A DNA stretch of 64,000 nt from an uncultured Alphaproteobacteria bacterium. Its GTDB lineage: Bacteria > Pseudomonadota > Alphaproteobacteria > Rhodobacterales > Rhodobacteraceae. The notes under the pieces were generated by a model. That model saw only the letters and a program-made list of their open reading frames with translations. It was not told the DNA's origin and did no database searches. The translations under genes and the position numbers were made by a program. Location: assembly GCA_902570265.1 (NCBI GenBank), contig CACFXF010000009.1, positions 1,231 to 65,230 of the forward strand. Reading direction: 5' to 3'. Shown here piece after piece: positions 1 to 9,000 of the stretch (the first letter of the stretch is position 1; each line of letters starts with the position of its first letter).

Positions 1-804
1 GGAGGTCCTATTCATGAAATTTCCGCAGGTCTAATTAAAGAAATGAGTGGTTTTCCTACAGCTGATGTAATTTTCAAAGATGGATATGATAAAATAATAA
101 ATTTACTTGCCAAAAATCTTCAGATTCAAACTAATTCAATTGTTAAATCGGTAAACTACAGTAGTACTAATAATATTACAGTTTCTACTACATCCAAAAA
201 TTATGAATGTGACTATGTAATTTGCTCTGTTCCATTAGGAGTGCTCAAATTTAATTCTATAGAATTTAATCCTGCTCTACCTAGATATAAGCAGGATAGT
301 ATAGAAAACGTAGGCTTTGGAACAGTTACAAAATTAGCTTTAAAATTTAAAGATCAATTTTGGGATAGTGATGTTCAATATTATTATACTGTAGCCAAAG
401 AAACGGGAAGATGGCCTATATGGATGAATTATAGAACCTTTTCAAAAGAGAAAATTTTGATGGGTTTATGCATGGGTGATTATGCTAAAAAGGCAGATTT
501 AATGTCAAAAGAAGAATTAATAGAGGATGGCTTAAAAGTATTAAAAAATGTTTGGGAGGATGATGTTGGAGAAGTTCAAAATGTATTAAGAACTAGCTGG
601 CTTAATGACCCATTCACAAAAGGTGCCTATTCTTTTCCAAGAGTTGATAACTCTGAAGAAGATTTTGAAAATCTTGCTGAATCCGTTGATAATAGATTAT
701 TTTTTTGTGGAGAGCATACCGATCTCAAATATCTTGCAACAACTCATGGCGCTCTTTATACAGGAATACGAGCTGCCAAAGAAGTAATAAAGGCAAATAA
801 ATAA
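1..804 (+). CDS. Flavin-containing amine oxidase, C-terminal part (5' end lies outside the window)
   Basis: Frame 1 is open from base 1 (GGPIHEISAGLIKE precedes the listed Met at 43). The C-terminal FFCGEHT...THGALYTGIRAA is the typical FAD-contacting end of polyamine/monoamine oxidases. Confidence 0.7.
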   Translation, partial: GGPIHEISAGLIKEMSGFPTADVIFKDGYDKIINLLAKNLQIQTNSIVKSVNYSSTNNITVSTTSKNYECDYVICSVPLGVLKFNSIEFNPALPRYKQDSIENVGFGTVTKLALKFKDQFWDSDVQYYYTVAKETGRWPIWMNYRTFSKEKILMGLCMGDYAKKADLMSKEELIEDGLKVLKNVWEDDVGEVQNVLRTSWLNDPFTKGAYSFPRVDNSEEDFENLAESVDNRLFFCGEHTDLKYLATTHGALYTGIRAAKEVIKANK

Positions 805-859
805 AATTGAATCTTACTTAAGCTGATAGTATCATCATAAAAAATTAATAATTTAATGA

Positions 860-1792
860 ATGTTCCATATGACTTTATTTAAAAAAATCATCTTTAATTT
901 TATTAAGATTTTAATTTTAAAATTTCTAATTAGTACACCCATTTTTGCTAAGCAAAACGATTGTAAAATAACTGCGGAAATGAGTAATGTCCCTGAGGAA
1001 TTATATGTAGATACTTACCCTATCATTATAACAGGAATAAACGAACTAGAGTCAACTTTCGATTACCAATTCTACCTAGGTTACTGGTATGAAATTGGCG
1101 GTGATATGCCTTACTGTTTCTTTGAATCAAATAATTTAGAAGAAGGAATATTTAATCCCTATTTTGAATTTCAAAATGCTATTGATTTGGAAAGAGTCAC
1201 TTCATTTGGAGTAGAAATAGAGGAGGAAGGAGTATATGTAAGTGCTAAATATAAAGGTAAATTTAAAGGTAAGTTTGATTTCACTATGTATCCTTTTGAT
1301 ACTCAAGACTTACATGTTGACATATCATCAACTTATTCCACAGATGATTTCAAAATTTATCTTGAGGATCAAAAAAATTCATTATTAGACGCGTTGGAGG
1401 TTCAGGGTTGGGATAAAATTAATTTTGCAAAAAAAATAGGTGTTGAAAAATGGGATCAAGATGATGAAGAGTATGATTTGATAAGTTATACAATCACCTT
1501 AGATCGACAGGTTTTTTCAATTTCTTTACGGCTTTTTTTGCCCCTGTTAGTAATTGTATCTTTAAACTTTTTATCCTTATTGCTAGAAAGAAATGATTTT
1601 GAATCAAAAATTGAAATACAATTAGCTGCCTTGATAGCAGTAGCAGCTTATTCTATACTTATGGATACAAAAATACCTGATCTACCTTACCTTACAATTG
1701 CCGATTCAATAATTGCTTTATCGTTTTTTTCTTCGGCAATTATACTCGCAATTTCTATTCTTAAAAAAAGAAAAAGGGATTACCAAAATTAG
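860..1792 (+). CDS. GLIC/ELIC-like pentameric ligand-gated ion channel homologue that ends about 10 aa after M3 (no M4)
   Basis: A signal peptide is followed by a roughly 180-aa extracellular-type domain. FTMYPFDTQDLHVDISS matches the Cys-loop-equivalent RRYPFDSQTLHIYLIV of GLIC as I recall it, and GWDKINF is also present. M1 is FSISLRLFLPLLVIVSLNFLSLLL, M2 is IEIQLAALIAVAAYSIL, then comes the PDLPYLT linker and M3. The stop codon lies inside repeat R1. Confidence 0.7.
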   Translation: MFHMTLFKKIIFNFIKILILKFLISTPIFAKQNDCKITAEMSNVPEELYVDTYPIIITGINELESTFDYQFYLGYWYEIGGDMPYCFFESNNLEEGIFNPYFEFQNAIDLERVTSFGVEIEEEGVYVSAKYKGKFKGKFDFTMYPFDTQDLHVDISSTYSTDDFKIYLEDQKNSLLDALEVQGWDKINFAKKIGVEKWDQDDEEYDLISYTITLDRQVFSISLRLFLPLLVIVSLNFLSLLLERNDFESKIEIQLAALIAVAAYSILMDTKIPDLPYLTIADSIIALSFFSSAIILAISILKKRKRDYQN

Positions 1793-1868
1793 ACATTAAT
1801 AGGCCATGGTTTTTGGGGCACCCTCGGGATATTTCGTAGGGGTAGGTGGAACGATTGTTATGTTTAGG
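1783..1868. repeat. Island repeat copy R1 (central hairpin segment missing)
   Basis: CCAAAAT..TAATAGGCCATGGTTTTTGGGGCACCCTCGGGATATTTCGTAGGGGTAGGTGGAACGATTGTTATGTTT aligns by eye with R3-R5. It overlaps the last codons and stop of the channel gene. Confidence 0.7.
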
Positions 1869-1885
1869 CAATTTTTTTGGCAAAT

Positions 1886-2119
1886 TTATTTTAGCAACTG
1901 AGTAAATCTTTGACCTTTATCTATTATTTTTGCTTCTAATAAAACTTCTGTGATAGCGTCCATCATCCCAAGGTCCTGATCAGTATATTCACCTTTTTCA
2001 ACTCTGCGTGCAGCCATGTAAAAATTAAGTGCTCCTAATGCATGATGATCACGCTTTTCACCGCCAGCAATTATTGATCCAGCATAATGATTAATTTTAT
2101 TTTCAATGAATATATCCAT
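1886..2119 (-). CDS. Hypothetical protein, 77 aa
   Basis: It is the only sizeable ORF in the R1-R2 interval. I recognise no motif in it. Confidence 0.35.
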   Translation of the reverse strand: MDIFIENKINHYAGSIIAGGEKRDHHALGALNFYMAARRVEKGEYTDQDLGMMDAITEVLLEAKIIDKGQRFTQLLK

Positions 2120-2211
2120 TTTAAACCCTTTTTTATTATGTATCTTAAATTAATACTTTTTATTTATGTCATATTTTTTTTAAATAAAATTAGAACAAAT
2201 TCAAATAATTT

Positions 2212-2270
2212 CCACCAAAAATATGTGAGAAGTAGTACTTGCTAATAATAGACTATGGTTTTTTTAGGAG
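2212..2270. repeat. Island repeat copy R2 (short)
   Basis: CCACCAAAAATATGTGAGAAGTAGTACTTGCTAATAATAGACTATGGTTTTTTTAGG shares the CCAAAA..GTGAG.AGTAGTACTTGCTAA..ATAG.CTATGGTTTTT core with R3 and R5. Confidence 0.7.
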
Positions 2271-2286
2271 TAATTTCTTAATTTTT

Positions 2287-2736
2287 TCAATGGTGCTTAT
2301 GAAAATCTATTTCCATTTTTTTAGTTAAAGGTACTTTATCTGCCATAAAATGACCATGATCATTTGAGTTCAAAGTTATTTCGATAATATTTTTCCCATT
2401 TTGCAACAACCTAGAAGGGATATGAAAATACGGGGAATATTGTCTAAATTTTGTACCATTAATATAGATATGAGCATGTCCTTCATTGCCATTATTTTTT
2501 CCATTAACGTTTTGGGGAGAAAATATAAAATTAGATGTATTAATTATAAGGTTAAAACCATCCATTTTATCTTCAAATAATTCAAAACTTAAAGTTGGAT
2601 AGGGTTTTTCTGCTTTTATCATTTTGTGTTTATTCTCATGTTTATGACTACTGTCATGATCATGATCATGATTTTCACTAGCATTCATAATATTAGTTAA
2701 AAAAATAAATATACTGATCAAAACCAAATTCTTCAT
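2287..2736 (-). CDS. Secreted histidine-rich putative metal-binding protein
   Basis: The likely start is the internal Met (MKNLVLISIFIFLTNIMNA signal peptide), not the ORF-track start at 2847. The mature end is ENHDHDHDSSHKHENKH, with an EGHAHIYING motif and an HKHH C-terminus. Confidence 0.55.
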   Translation of the reverse strand: MKNLVLISIFIFLTNIMNASENHDHDHDSSHKHENKHKMIKAEKPYPTLSFELFEDKMDGFNLIINTSNFIFSPQNVNGKNNGNEGHAHIYINGTKFRQYSPYFHIPSRLLQNGKNIIEITLNSNDHGHFMADKVPLTKKMEIDFHKHH

Positions 2737-2830
2737 AAACTTACCCCGTAATATCCCTAGATAATTATGACTAACTATAGATAAAAGCAGCAAATTTAAA
2801 GTTAAAAAATTATTTCTAAATACTATTGTT

Positions 2831-3295
2831 TTATTGCTCAACCTCAAAATCTAATTCAATATTACCAGCTTTTTTAAAAATAAATTTAGCCAAGTGAGGA
2901 TCCAACCATTCTAAACCTTTTTTTTCATTAAAAAAAATTAATTTAAAAGTATCCTCGTCAAAATATATTGCTTCACCACCACTAATTTCTAATCCTTCAT
3001 TTAAATCAACTTTAATATAATTCTCTGAAGCACCTTTTCTCTTCCAAATTTCAAAAGACAAAGAAAATTTTGGAATTATATTCATTAAATATTCACTATC
3101 TTCACCAATATTTTCTATTGTTAAGAACCCATAAGATCTGGAAACTTCCTGTTCAGTTTCTTTTATTAAATAAGGATGATAGATTATTAATGAACCGTGT
3201 TGTTCTTCATGAGCATTAATAGGACTTAAAAATAGGATGAAAACTAAGAACGATAAAATTTTTAATCTGTAATTTTTAAGCTTTTTCATAAACAA
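2831..3295 (-). CDS. Secreted PCu(A)C/DUF461-like protein; canonical Cu ligands not evident
   Basis: It has a signal peptide ending SPINA-HEEQHG. The pattern SLIIYHPY..GFLTIENIG..L...FEIW...IKV.L.EGLEI.GGE.I.F....FKLIFFN...AKFIFKKAGNIELDFEV follows the PCuAC beta-sandwich pattern as I remember it. The H(M)..M..HxM ligand positions are not conserved. Confidence 0.35.
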   Translation of the reverse strand: MFMKKLKNYRLKILSFLVFILFLSPINAHEEQHGSLIIYHPYLIKETEQEVSRSYGFLTIENIGEDSEYLMNIIPKFSLSFEIWKRKGASENYIKVDLNEGLEISGGEAIYFDEDTFKLIFFNEKKGLEWLDPHLAKFIFKKAGNIELDFEVEQ

Positions 3296-3345
3296 AACAA
3301 TAAATAATTTTTATTATTTGGAAAGTTTATTTTGAATTGCACCTA

Positions 3346-3427
3346 CCAACCAAAATGTGTGAGCAGTAGTACTTGCTAAAATAGGCTATGGTTTTTGGGA
3401 TACCCTTGAGAAATATATTACGGGTGA
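3346..3427. repeat. Island repeat copy R3
   Basis: The sequence is CCAACCAAAATGTGTGAGCAGTAGTACTTGCTAAAATAGGCTATGGTTTTTGGGATACCCTTGAGAAATATATTACGGGTG. Confidence 0.75.
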
Positions 3428-3507
3428 ATTATGTAAAAACTTAACTTTTTATTTTTTTTAAGCAAATAATATAAGTACTAAATAAGACAAAAGGAGTTAA
3501 AATCAAA

Positions 3508-3813
3508 ATGGTTGGAATGATTAACTGTATGAGGTTTAGACCTAAAGAAGGTCAGGTGGAAGCTTTGTTTAAGGCTTATGCAGAATACGTTAAAGATTAT
3601 CCATTTGATGACATAATGCATCAAATTATTGATCTAGGAACTGGAGAATACGCCCTAATAGGATTACATCATAGCATTGATACTTTTGTAGATATTATGA
3701 ATAGAGATAATCGTGTAAGTGATATGTTGAGAGAGTTCGTAGAGCCCTATGAAGACGGAGAAAGTTTTCATTCATTCTCGGGTCCTGTTGTAAACTATAA
3801 TGACTATCTGTAG
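3508..3813 (+). CDS. Small cytoplasmic protein, possibly ABM/Dabb-like ferredoxin fold, 101 aa
   Basis: AAGGAG lies about 8 nt upstream of the ATG. The size and the pattern (RFRPKEGQVEALFKAY...ALIGLH...) are reminiscent of antibiotic-biosynthesis-monooxygenase-like domains. The match is weak. Confidence 0.4.
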   Translation: MVGMINCMRFRPKEGQVEALFKAYAEYVKDYPFDDIMHQIIDLGTGEYALIGLHHSIDTFVDIMNRDNRVSDMLREFVEPYEDGESFHSFSGPVVNYNDYL

Positions 3814-3835
3814 TAAACATAAAAAAACTTTAATT

Positions 3836-4345
3836 CTAAAAACCTTGTTCTTCAATGCATTTCACTAACTCACTTACAGATGCAGCAGACCCTTTTAAAG
3901 AGAAACTACTGATTATCTTATCATTATCATCTAAATGGAAAAGCTCTTGACCTTTTCGAATTTCTTGAATCAATTCAATCACTGCTTTATCAGATCCAGA
4001 GTTTAGATCCATTACTAACCATCCAGAATCTAGATAAGGGCTTTCTGTATTCCAACTTGCAAGATCATCAACTGCAAATTGGAATATTTTTAAGCTTTCA
4101 TTTACATCTGACTCATCATCAAAAATAGCTAATTCTTCAACTTTAGCATTAACGTAAATTTGAAATTCTTTATTACCTAAACCATTTCTTGCAATGCATG
4201 CTGTACGTCTATCATCATACCTTAAAAGTACAACTTCCCAATTTCCTTTTTTGAAAAGTACCTTTTCATCAAATACTTCAGCTGAAAAAGAAGGATAGGT
4301 AAAAAAGAGATAAAATAATAATGTACAAAACTTAAATAATTTCAT
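3836..4345 (-). CDS. Secreted hypothetical protein (weakly IalB-like)
   Basis: The start was moved to the internal Met, giving the signal peptide MKLFKFCTLLFYLFFTYPSFSA. GNWEVV...C and the C-terminal FSLKGSAASVSELVKC resemble invasion-associated-locus-B type proteins. Confidence 0.4.
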   Translation of the reverse strand: MKLFKFCTLLFYLFFTYPSFSAEVFDEKVLFKKGNWEVVLLRYDDRRTACIARNGLGNKEFQIYVNAKVEELAIFDDESDVNESLKIFQFAVDDLASWNTESPYLDSGWLVMDLNSGSDKAVIELIQEIRKGQELFHLDDNDKIISSFSLKGSAASVSELVKCIEEQGF

Positions 4346-4439
4346 TTTAAAACCCCAGTTACTAAAGCAAAAAATCAAGTATGACTTCAATATAAATAAT
4401 TGTAATAAAAAAAAGTTAAATTTTTTAAATTAAAAATTT

Positions 4440-4798
4440 CCAACCAAAAAGTGTTAGTTATATCACTTCCTTATAATAGGCTATGGTTTTTGGGGTACCT
4501 TCAAGGATATGTCTTAGGGGTGGGGGTCATAAGTGTTATGATTATTATGTTCTCACGAAAAATTGACCAACTGCCCCTTTTACTGCCCCCTTTTGCACAT
4601 TTTCCCTATATTTTTCATTTTACAGAAACCAATTTCTGGTCATATAATTTAATGAAAGCAAGTTTCAGAGATGGAGGAAACACCAATGAAATATAGTGCA
4701 AAATGCCATTGTGGTGAAATAACTGTCTAGATGGAACATGAATCCATGATGCAGTTTTTGTTTCATTGTTCTATATGCCATCAAAGAATTGGAACTTC
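4440..4798. repeat. Island repeat copy R4 (long form, about 359 bp), the left direct repeat of the adhesin block
   Basis: It is collinear with 12262-12621. After a divergent first 40 nt it is roughly 85-90% identical by eye. It includes the short-repeat core, a conserved C-rich leader and the first 37 codons of a GFA-family gene. Confidence 0.85.
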
Positions 4799-4808
4799 AT
4801 CGGAATAG
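4686..4808 (+). pseudogene. GFA/CENP-V family gene fragment (5' end only, in-frame TAG)
   Basis: It reads MKYSAKCHCGEITV*MEHESMMQFLFHCSICHQRIGTS. The TAG at 4728-4730 replaces the GAG seen in the second copy, and homology ends at 4798. Confidence 0.75.
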
Positions 4809-4901
4809 TAATCAATAGTCTCAGTAGTTATAGATATTCAATAAAATAAGGCATTATTGTTATCAGCACTCTCAGTAAAATCTTTAGCTAGCTATGGTAT
4901 T

Positions 4902-5111
4902 CTAAGCCAATCGCCCCCTCAATCGCACCCCTATATTATCTAAAGCAGTATCTAACTTATCATCATTTGTATTAAAGAAGTGAGCATAGATTTTCATTGT
5001 TATCTGTAGTTTAGCATGCCCTAGCCTCTGTTGAATTTTTGGTAGATATATTTCTTCAGAAACCAAATTGCTAGACTTGTGCTTTTTTGATTTTGGAATT
5101 TTTGCCGAGTT
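4902..5111 (-). pseudogene. Tyrosine recombinase (phage-type integrase) 3' remnant
   Basis: The minus-strand frame reads NSAKIPKSKKHKSSNLVSEEIYLPKIQQRLGHAKLQITMKIYAHFFNTNDDKLDTALDNIGV...*. LGHxxxxxTxxYxH is the Box II / catalytic-Tyr motif. There is no room for the N-terminal 250+ aa before the lipoprotein gene at 5175. Confidence 0.65.
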
Positions 5112-5174
5112 AAAAAAAAATTTAATAATTAGTAATTCTTAGTAAAAAGGTATTTAAATGCAATCAATTATTGA

Positions 5175-5993
5175 CTAGTTACCATTTTTTCCTAGGAAAG
5201 CTCCCCTTATTTCAATTGAACCAGTATCTGTATCGTCAACGGAAAAAACTCCTCCAATCTCAGCTGAATTGGGACCAAAAAATGTGCCATCAGATTCCAT
5301 CTGATATTGATTAGTCAAAGTATTAGTAATAATTCCATTTTTTAATTCTATTTTGTTAAGACAAATTCTATTTCCATTACAAATAGAACCACTTGGGAAT
5401 ATAATATCTACAGCATTAGAAATTGGACAATCCCTGCAACTTAAATTTAGCATAGACATCTTCCCAGATAGCGAAGTCAATTCACCAACCAGCTCCCCTT
5501 CTAATCCATTAAAATCAATTTGAATTTTACTGTTTCCAGTCAAGTCATATAATGCAGTCCCATCATTTATAAAAATTCTAGATGTTCCCAAGTAAGTATA
5601 ATTACCCTCAACTATGTCCCCTGAAGATTCAGGAATTCCTATAATTCCGAAAGAACCATTCAAAGTATTACCTTCAGGAATATAAGTCACAAAACTTGTA
5701 AGATCCTTGATTGGAATTCCATTCTCTACATTCTTACTAGGCGCACCATCTTTTTCATTAATAATAACCAAAGCAGATCCTTGTTTCCTTACAAATTCTC
5801 CCTCAATATTCTCTAAATCTAAGGTAGTTCCGTCAATAGTTATTAATTTTAAATTAGATACATCTAATGAATTTAAATCATACAGAGATCCCTTTTGCTC
5901 TTCCATTTTTTGTATGGATTGACCACTACATCCAGTCATAATGAAACCAAATATAATTAAAAATATTATATTAAATTCCTTGATAAGCGACAC
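5175..5993 (-). CDS. Lipoprotein with a TbpB/fHbp-type C-terminal beta-barrel (surface-lipoprotein-like)
   Basis: It has a GTG start with AAGGAG about 9 nt upstream and a lipobox FIMTGC. GNSKIQIDFNGLEGELVGEL and DGTFFGPNSAEIGGVFSV...GSIEIRGAFLGKN match the F.GP.A.E.GG.F....G.F signature of transferrin-binding-protein-like barrels. Confidence 0.55.
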   Translation of the reverse strand: MSLIKEFNIIFLIIFGFIMTGCSGQSIQKMEEQKGSLYDLNSLDVSNLKLITIDGTTLDLENIEGEFVRKQGSALVIINEKDGAPSKNVENGIPIKDLTSFVTYIPEGNTLNGSFGIIGIPESSGDIVEGNYTYLGTSRIFINDGTALYDLTGNSKIQIDFNGLEGELVGELTSLSGKMSMLNLSCRDCPISNAVDIIFPSGSICNGNRICLNKIELKNGIITNTLTNQYQMESDGTFFGPNSAEIGGVFSVDDTDTGSIEIRGAFLGKNGN

Positions 5994-6014
5994 AAATATT
6001 GCTCCTTTTATTAA

Positions 6015-9000
6015 TTAAATTAGAGTAAAGTTATCAGGTGTAAACTCCTCAACCCTAATGTCATAAATCAATACTGTACAATCTCTATCAGAAAATTCTG
6101 AATGACCGTCTGGGGTAGTTTCAATCTTAGTAAGAACTTCTTCAAATCCATTATAATTAAAAGACTTGAGGTCAATCTTATCTTTGTCAATTTCAAAGTC
6201 TCTTCCCACTGGCTCAAATGAGCTTATATTGTTAAAATTCAGATTAAATTTAGCAATAATATCGTTTCCATCAGAGGGTGAGAATATAAATAAATCTGAT
6301 CCATTTCCTCCTTCAAGCAAGTCATCTCCAGCTCCACCCTCAAGTGTATCATTTCCATAAAAATAATCCGAAAATAAAAGATCGCCAATTATATAATCAT
6401 TTTCTGAGTTACCACTTAAAGGATTATCGCCCGTACCTCCAATTAAAATATCTGCTCCAGAACCACCTTCTGCTCCACTATTTTTACCAGCAGCAACAAT
6501 GAGATCATCATATTGACTGCCTTTTATAAGTATATTACTAAATGCATCTTTGAAAACGTTCCTGATGCTCGGTGGTAAAATAGCTTGTTTTAAAGAAATA
6601 TTTAACCCTGAGCTGGAAATTACCTCCTCATTGAAACCAACTGAATCAATGAAACTTGCTTTTACTGTTAAATTCTTTCCTATATCTTCATTTTTTATTA
6701 CATAATCACGTTCAGTTGCACCTAATATCTCTACATTATTTCTAAACCATTGAAAATCTAAACTTCCATAACCATCAGGATCAATAAAATTAGGGATTGC
6801 AAGAAGGGTTTCACCAACATCTGCCCTCCCACTTATTGTAATATCTCCTTTAGCAGGAGTATTACTAGCTGCAACGTTAATAACAAATTGATCAGTTATT
6901 TGGCCGCCATTTCCATCGTTAACTGTTATTTCAAAGGTATTCAGACCAAAATTTGATCTAGATGGATTGACTGTCAAAATTGTGGAAGATCCATCAAAAT
7001 TACACCAAGAAGGTAATGCAGCACCCCCAGGAAGTGTAATGGACATAGTTAAGTTGTGATCATCTGGATCTGTGAAAAATTGGTTAAATGATAAATTTTC
7101 AGAAGTATTTTCATAAAGGTTCCAAATCGGTATTGTTTTCTTTAAAACAGGATTATCGTTCACATTAGAAATGTTTAATACAACTGCTTTTGAACCTGAT
7201 AAAGCACCTAATCCATCATCAGTAGCAATAACTGTAAAATCATATGAAGATTTAGTTTCATAATCTGCTGAAGCCTTTAATCTAACTTCTCCATCATCTG
7301 CATCAATTGTAAAATATGATGAATCAGCACCGGAAATAGAAAATGTTAGATTATCGCCTGAATCCACATCAGTCGCCGTGGCAGTATATAAAACAGAACT
7401 ATTTGCTTGGTTTTCCGCAGCAGTAACCGTTGCAGAAGAAGTTATTGAAGGCATTTCGTTTACATCATTTACACTTATCGTAACTGCTTCTGTATCACTT
7501 GATCCATCAGGATCAGTAGCGATGACATTAAAAGAGTAGGAATTTTTTGTTTCAAAATTTGCTGAAGAATTTAATCTAACTTCTCCATCATCTGAATCAA
7601 TAGCAACCAAAGAAGCATCTGTTCCAGAAACTGAGTAAGTCAAGATATCTGTAATATCTGCGTCGGAAGCAGAGACATCATATATCACAGTGTTAGTATT
7701 AGCATTTTCTTGGATACTACCAGTTAAACTAGTAGTATCAATCGTAGGACTGGACTCATTGACGTTACTAACTGTAACCGTAAGTACTTGAGTAGAAAAA
7801 ATTCCTGAACCGTCGGTAGTTGTTGCTTTTACTTCAACCTGATAGGTATTATTTCCATCTGAATCTAGTGGAACTTCAAAGTTTGGGGCGGAATTAAAGG
7901 TTAAATTACCTGATCCGTCTATACTGAACTTACTCCCATCCAAACCAGAGTTTATATCCCACGTCACTCCTACATTTGCTGAAAATGTAGTAACAGCGGT
8001 TTGATTTTCCTGCTTTGTTATTGCTGAAGTATCTGAACCTGCAGAATTACTAGGTCCAGTAATTAAGGGTGTCCTAACATTAACGGTTAAAATACCAGTA
8101 TCAGTCCCACCATTTCCATCAGATACAGTATAGTTTATTGTCTCACTAATATTCGCCGCACCAGAAGGAGGTGTATAGTTTATCGTTGTTCCATTATGAC
8201 TTACAGTACCACTTCCTCCGTAACTTATTGATTGTATAGTTAACCCATCACCATCCTCATCTGTATCATCATTAAGGACGACAATACTATTAAGTGCCGT
8301 ATTTATAGTAGTTATTCCTAGGTCATCTGTAACTTCAGGGCTATCATTTTGATCTGATATATTGATAGTAATAGCCTTACTAGTTGAGGATGGAGTACCT
8401 CCATCATCTGTTGCTATTACATTCAAACTATAAGAGTTTTTAACCTCAAAGTTTGCAGAATTATTTAATCTGATTTCCCCATCATCCGAGTCTATAGTCA
8501 CTAAGGAAGAATCCGTACCGCTAACGGAGAATGCTAATGATTGTCCAGAATCAGGGTCAGAGGCTGAAGCATCATAGGCTATGGTACCTATTGAAGCATT
8601 TTCTGCTATTGAACCGCTTGAACCTGAGGAAATTACTGGAGGGTCATTAAGATCATTAATATTTAGGGATATAGCTTGCGTATCAGAAAGATTTCCGCCA
8701 ACACCATTGTCTGTTACAGTAACGTTAAAACTATAAGAACTCTTATTCTCATAATCAGCTGAAGCTTTTAACCTAACTTCTCCGTCATCAGCATCAATTG
8801 TAAAGTGCGATGAATCAGCACCTGAAATCGAAAATGTCAAGGTGTCAGCAGTATCCAAATCTGTAGCTTCAGCATCATAAATCACAATGCTAGGGTTCTG
8901 GTTTTCATCAGCATTTACCACTGATCCAGATGTAATATTTGGGGCATCATTGATAGAAGTAAAATTAATGTCGAGGGTACCTGTCCCCGACTGTTCCGCT

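Noticed and set aside
2221-2262. Repeat core as a fragment of a tRNA, 5S or 23S rRNA 3' end (att duplication of an RNA gene)
   Set aside because: There is no T-loop (GTTCGA-type) and no 5S-like CCGAAC/GGTAG block. A vague resemblance of GTGTGAGCAGTAGTACTTGCTAA to the 23S 3'-terminal helices is too weak to claim without an alignment.
4451-4696. The 81-aa ORF from the ORF track as a real gene
   Set aside because: It lies entirely inside repeat R4. In the R5 copy the same frame stops after 36 codons (TGA at 12460-12462), so the long form is created by a TGA-to-TGG change and is not conserved.
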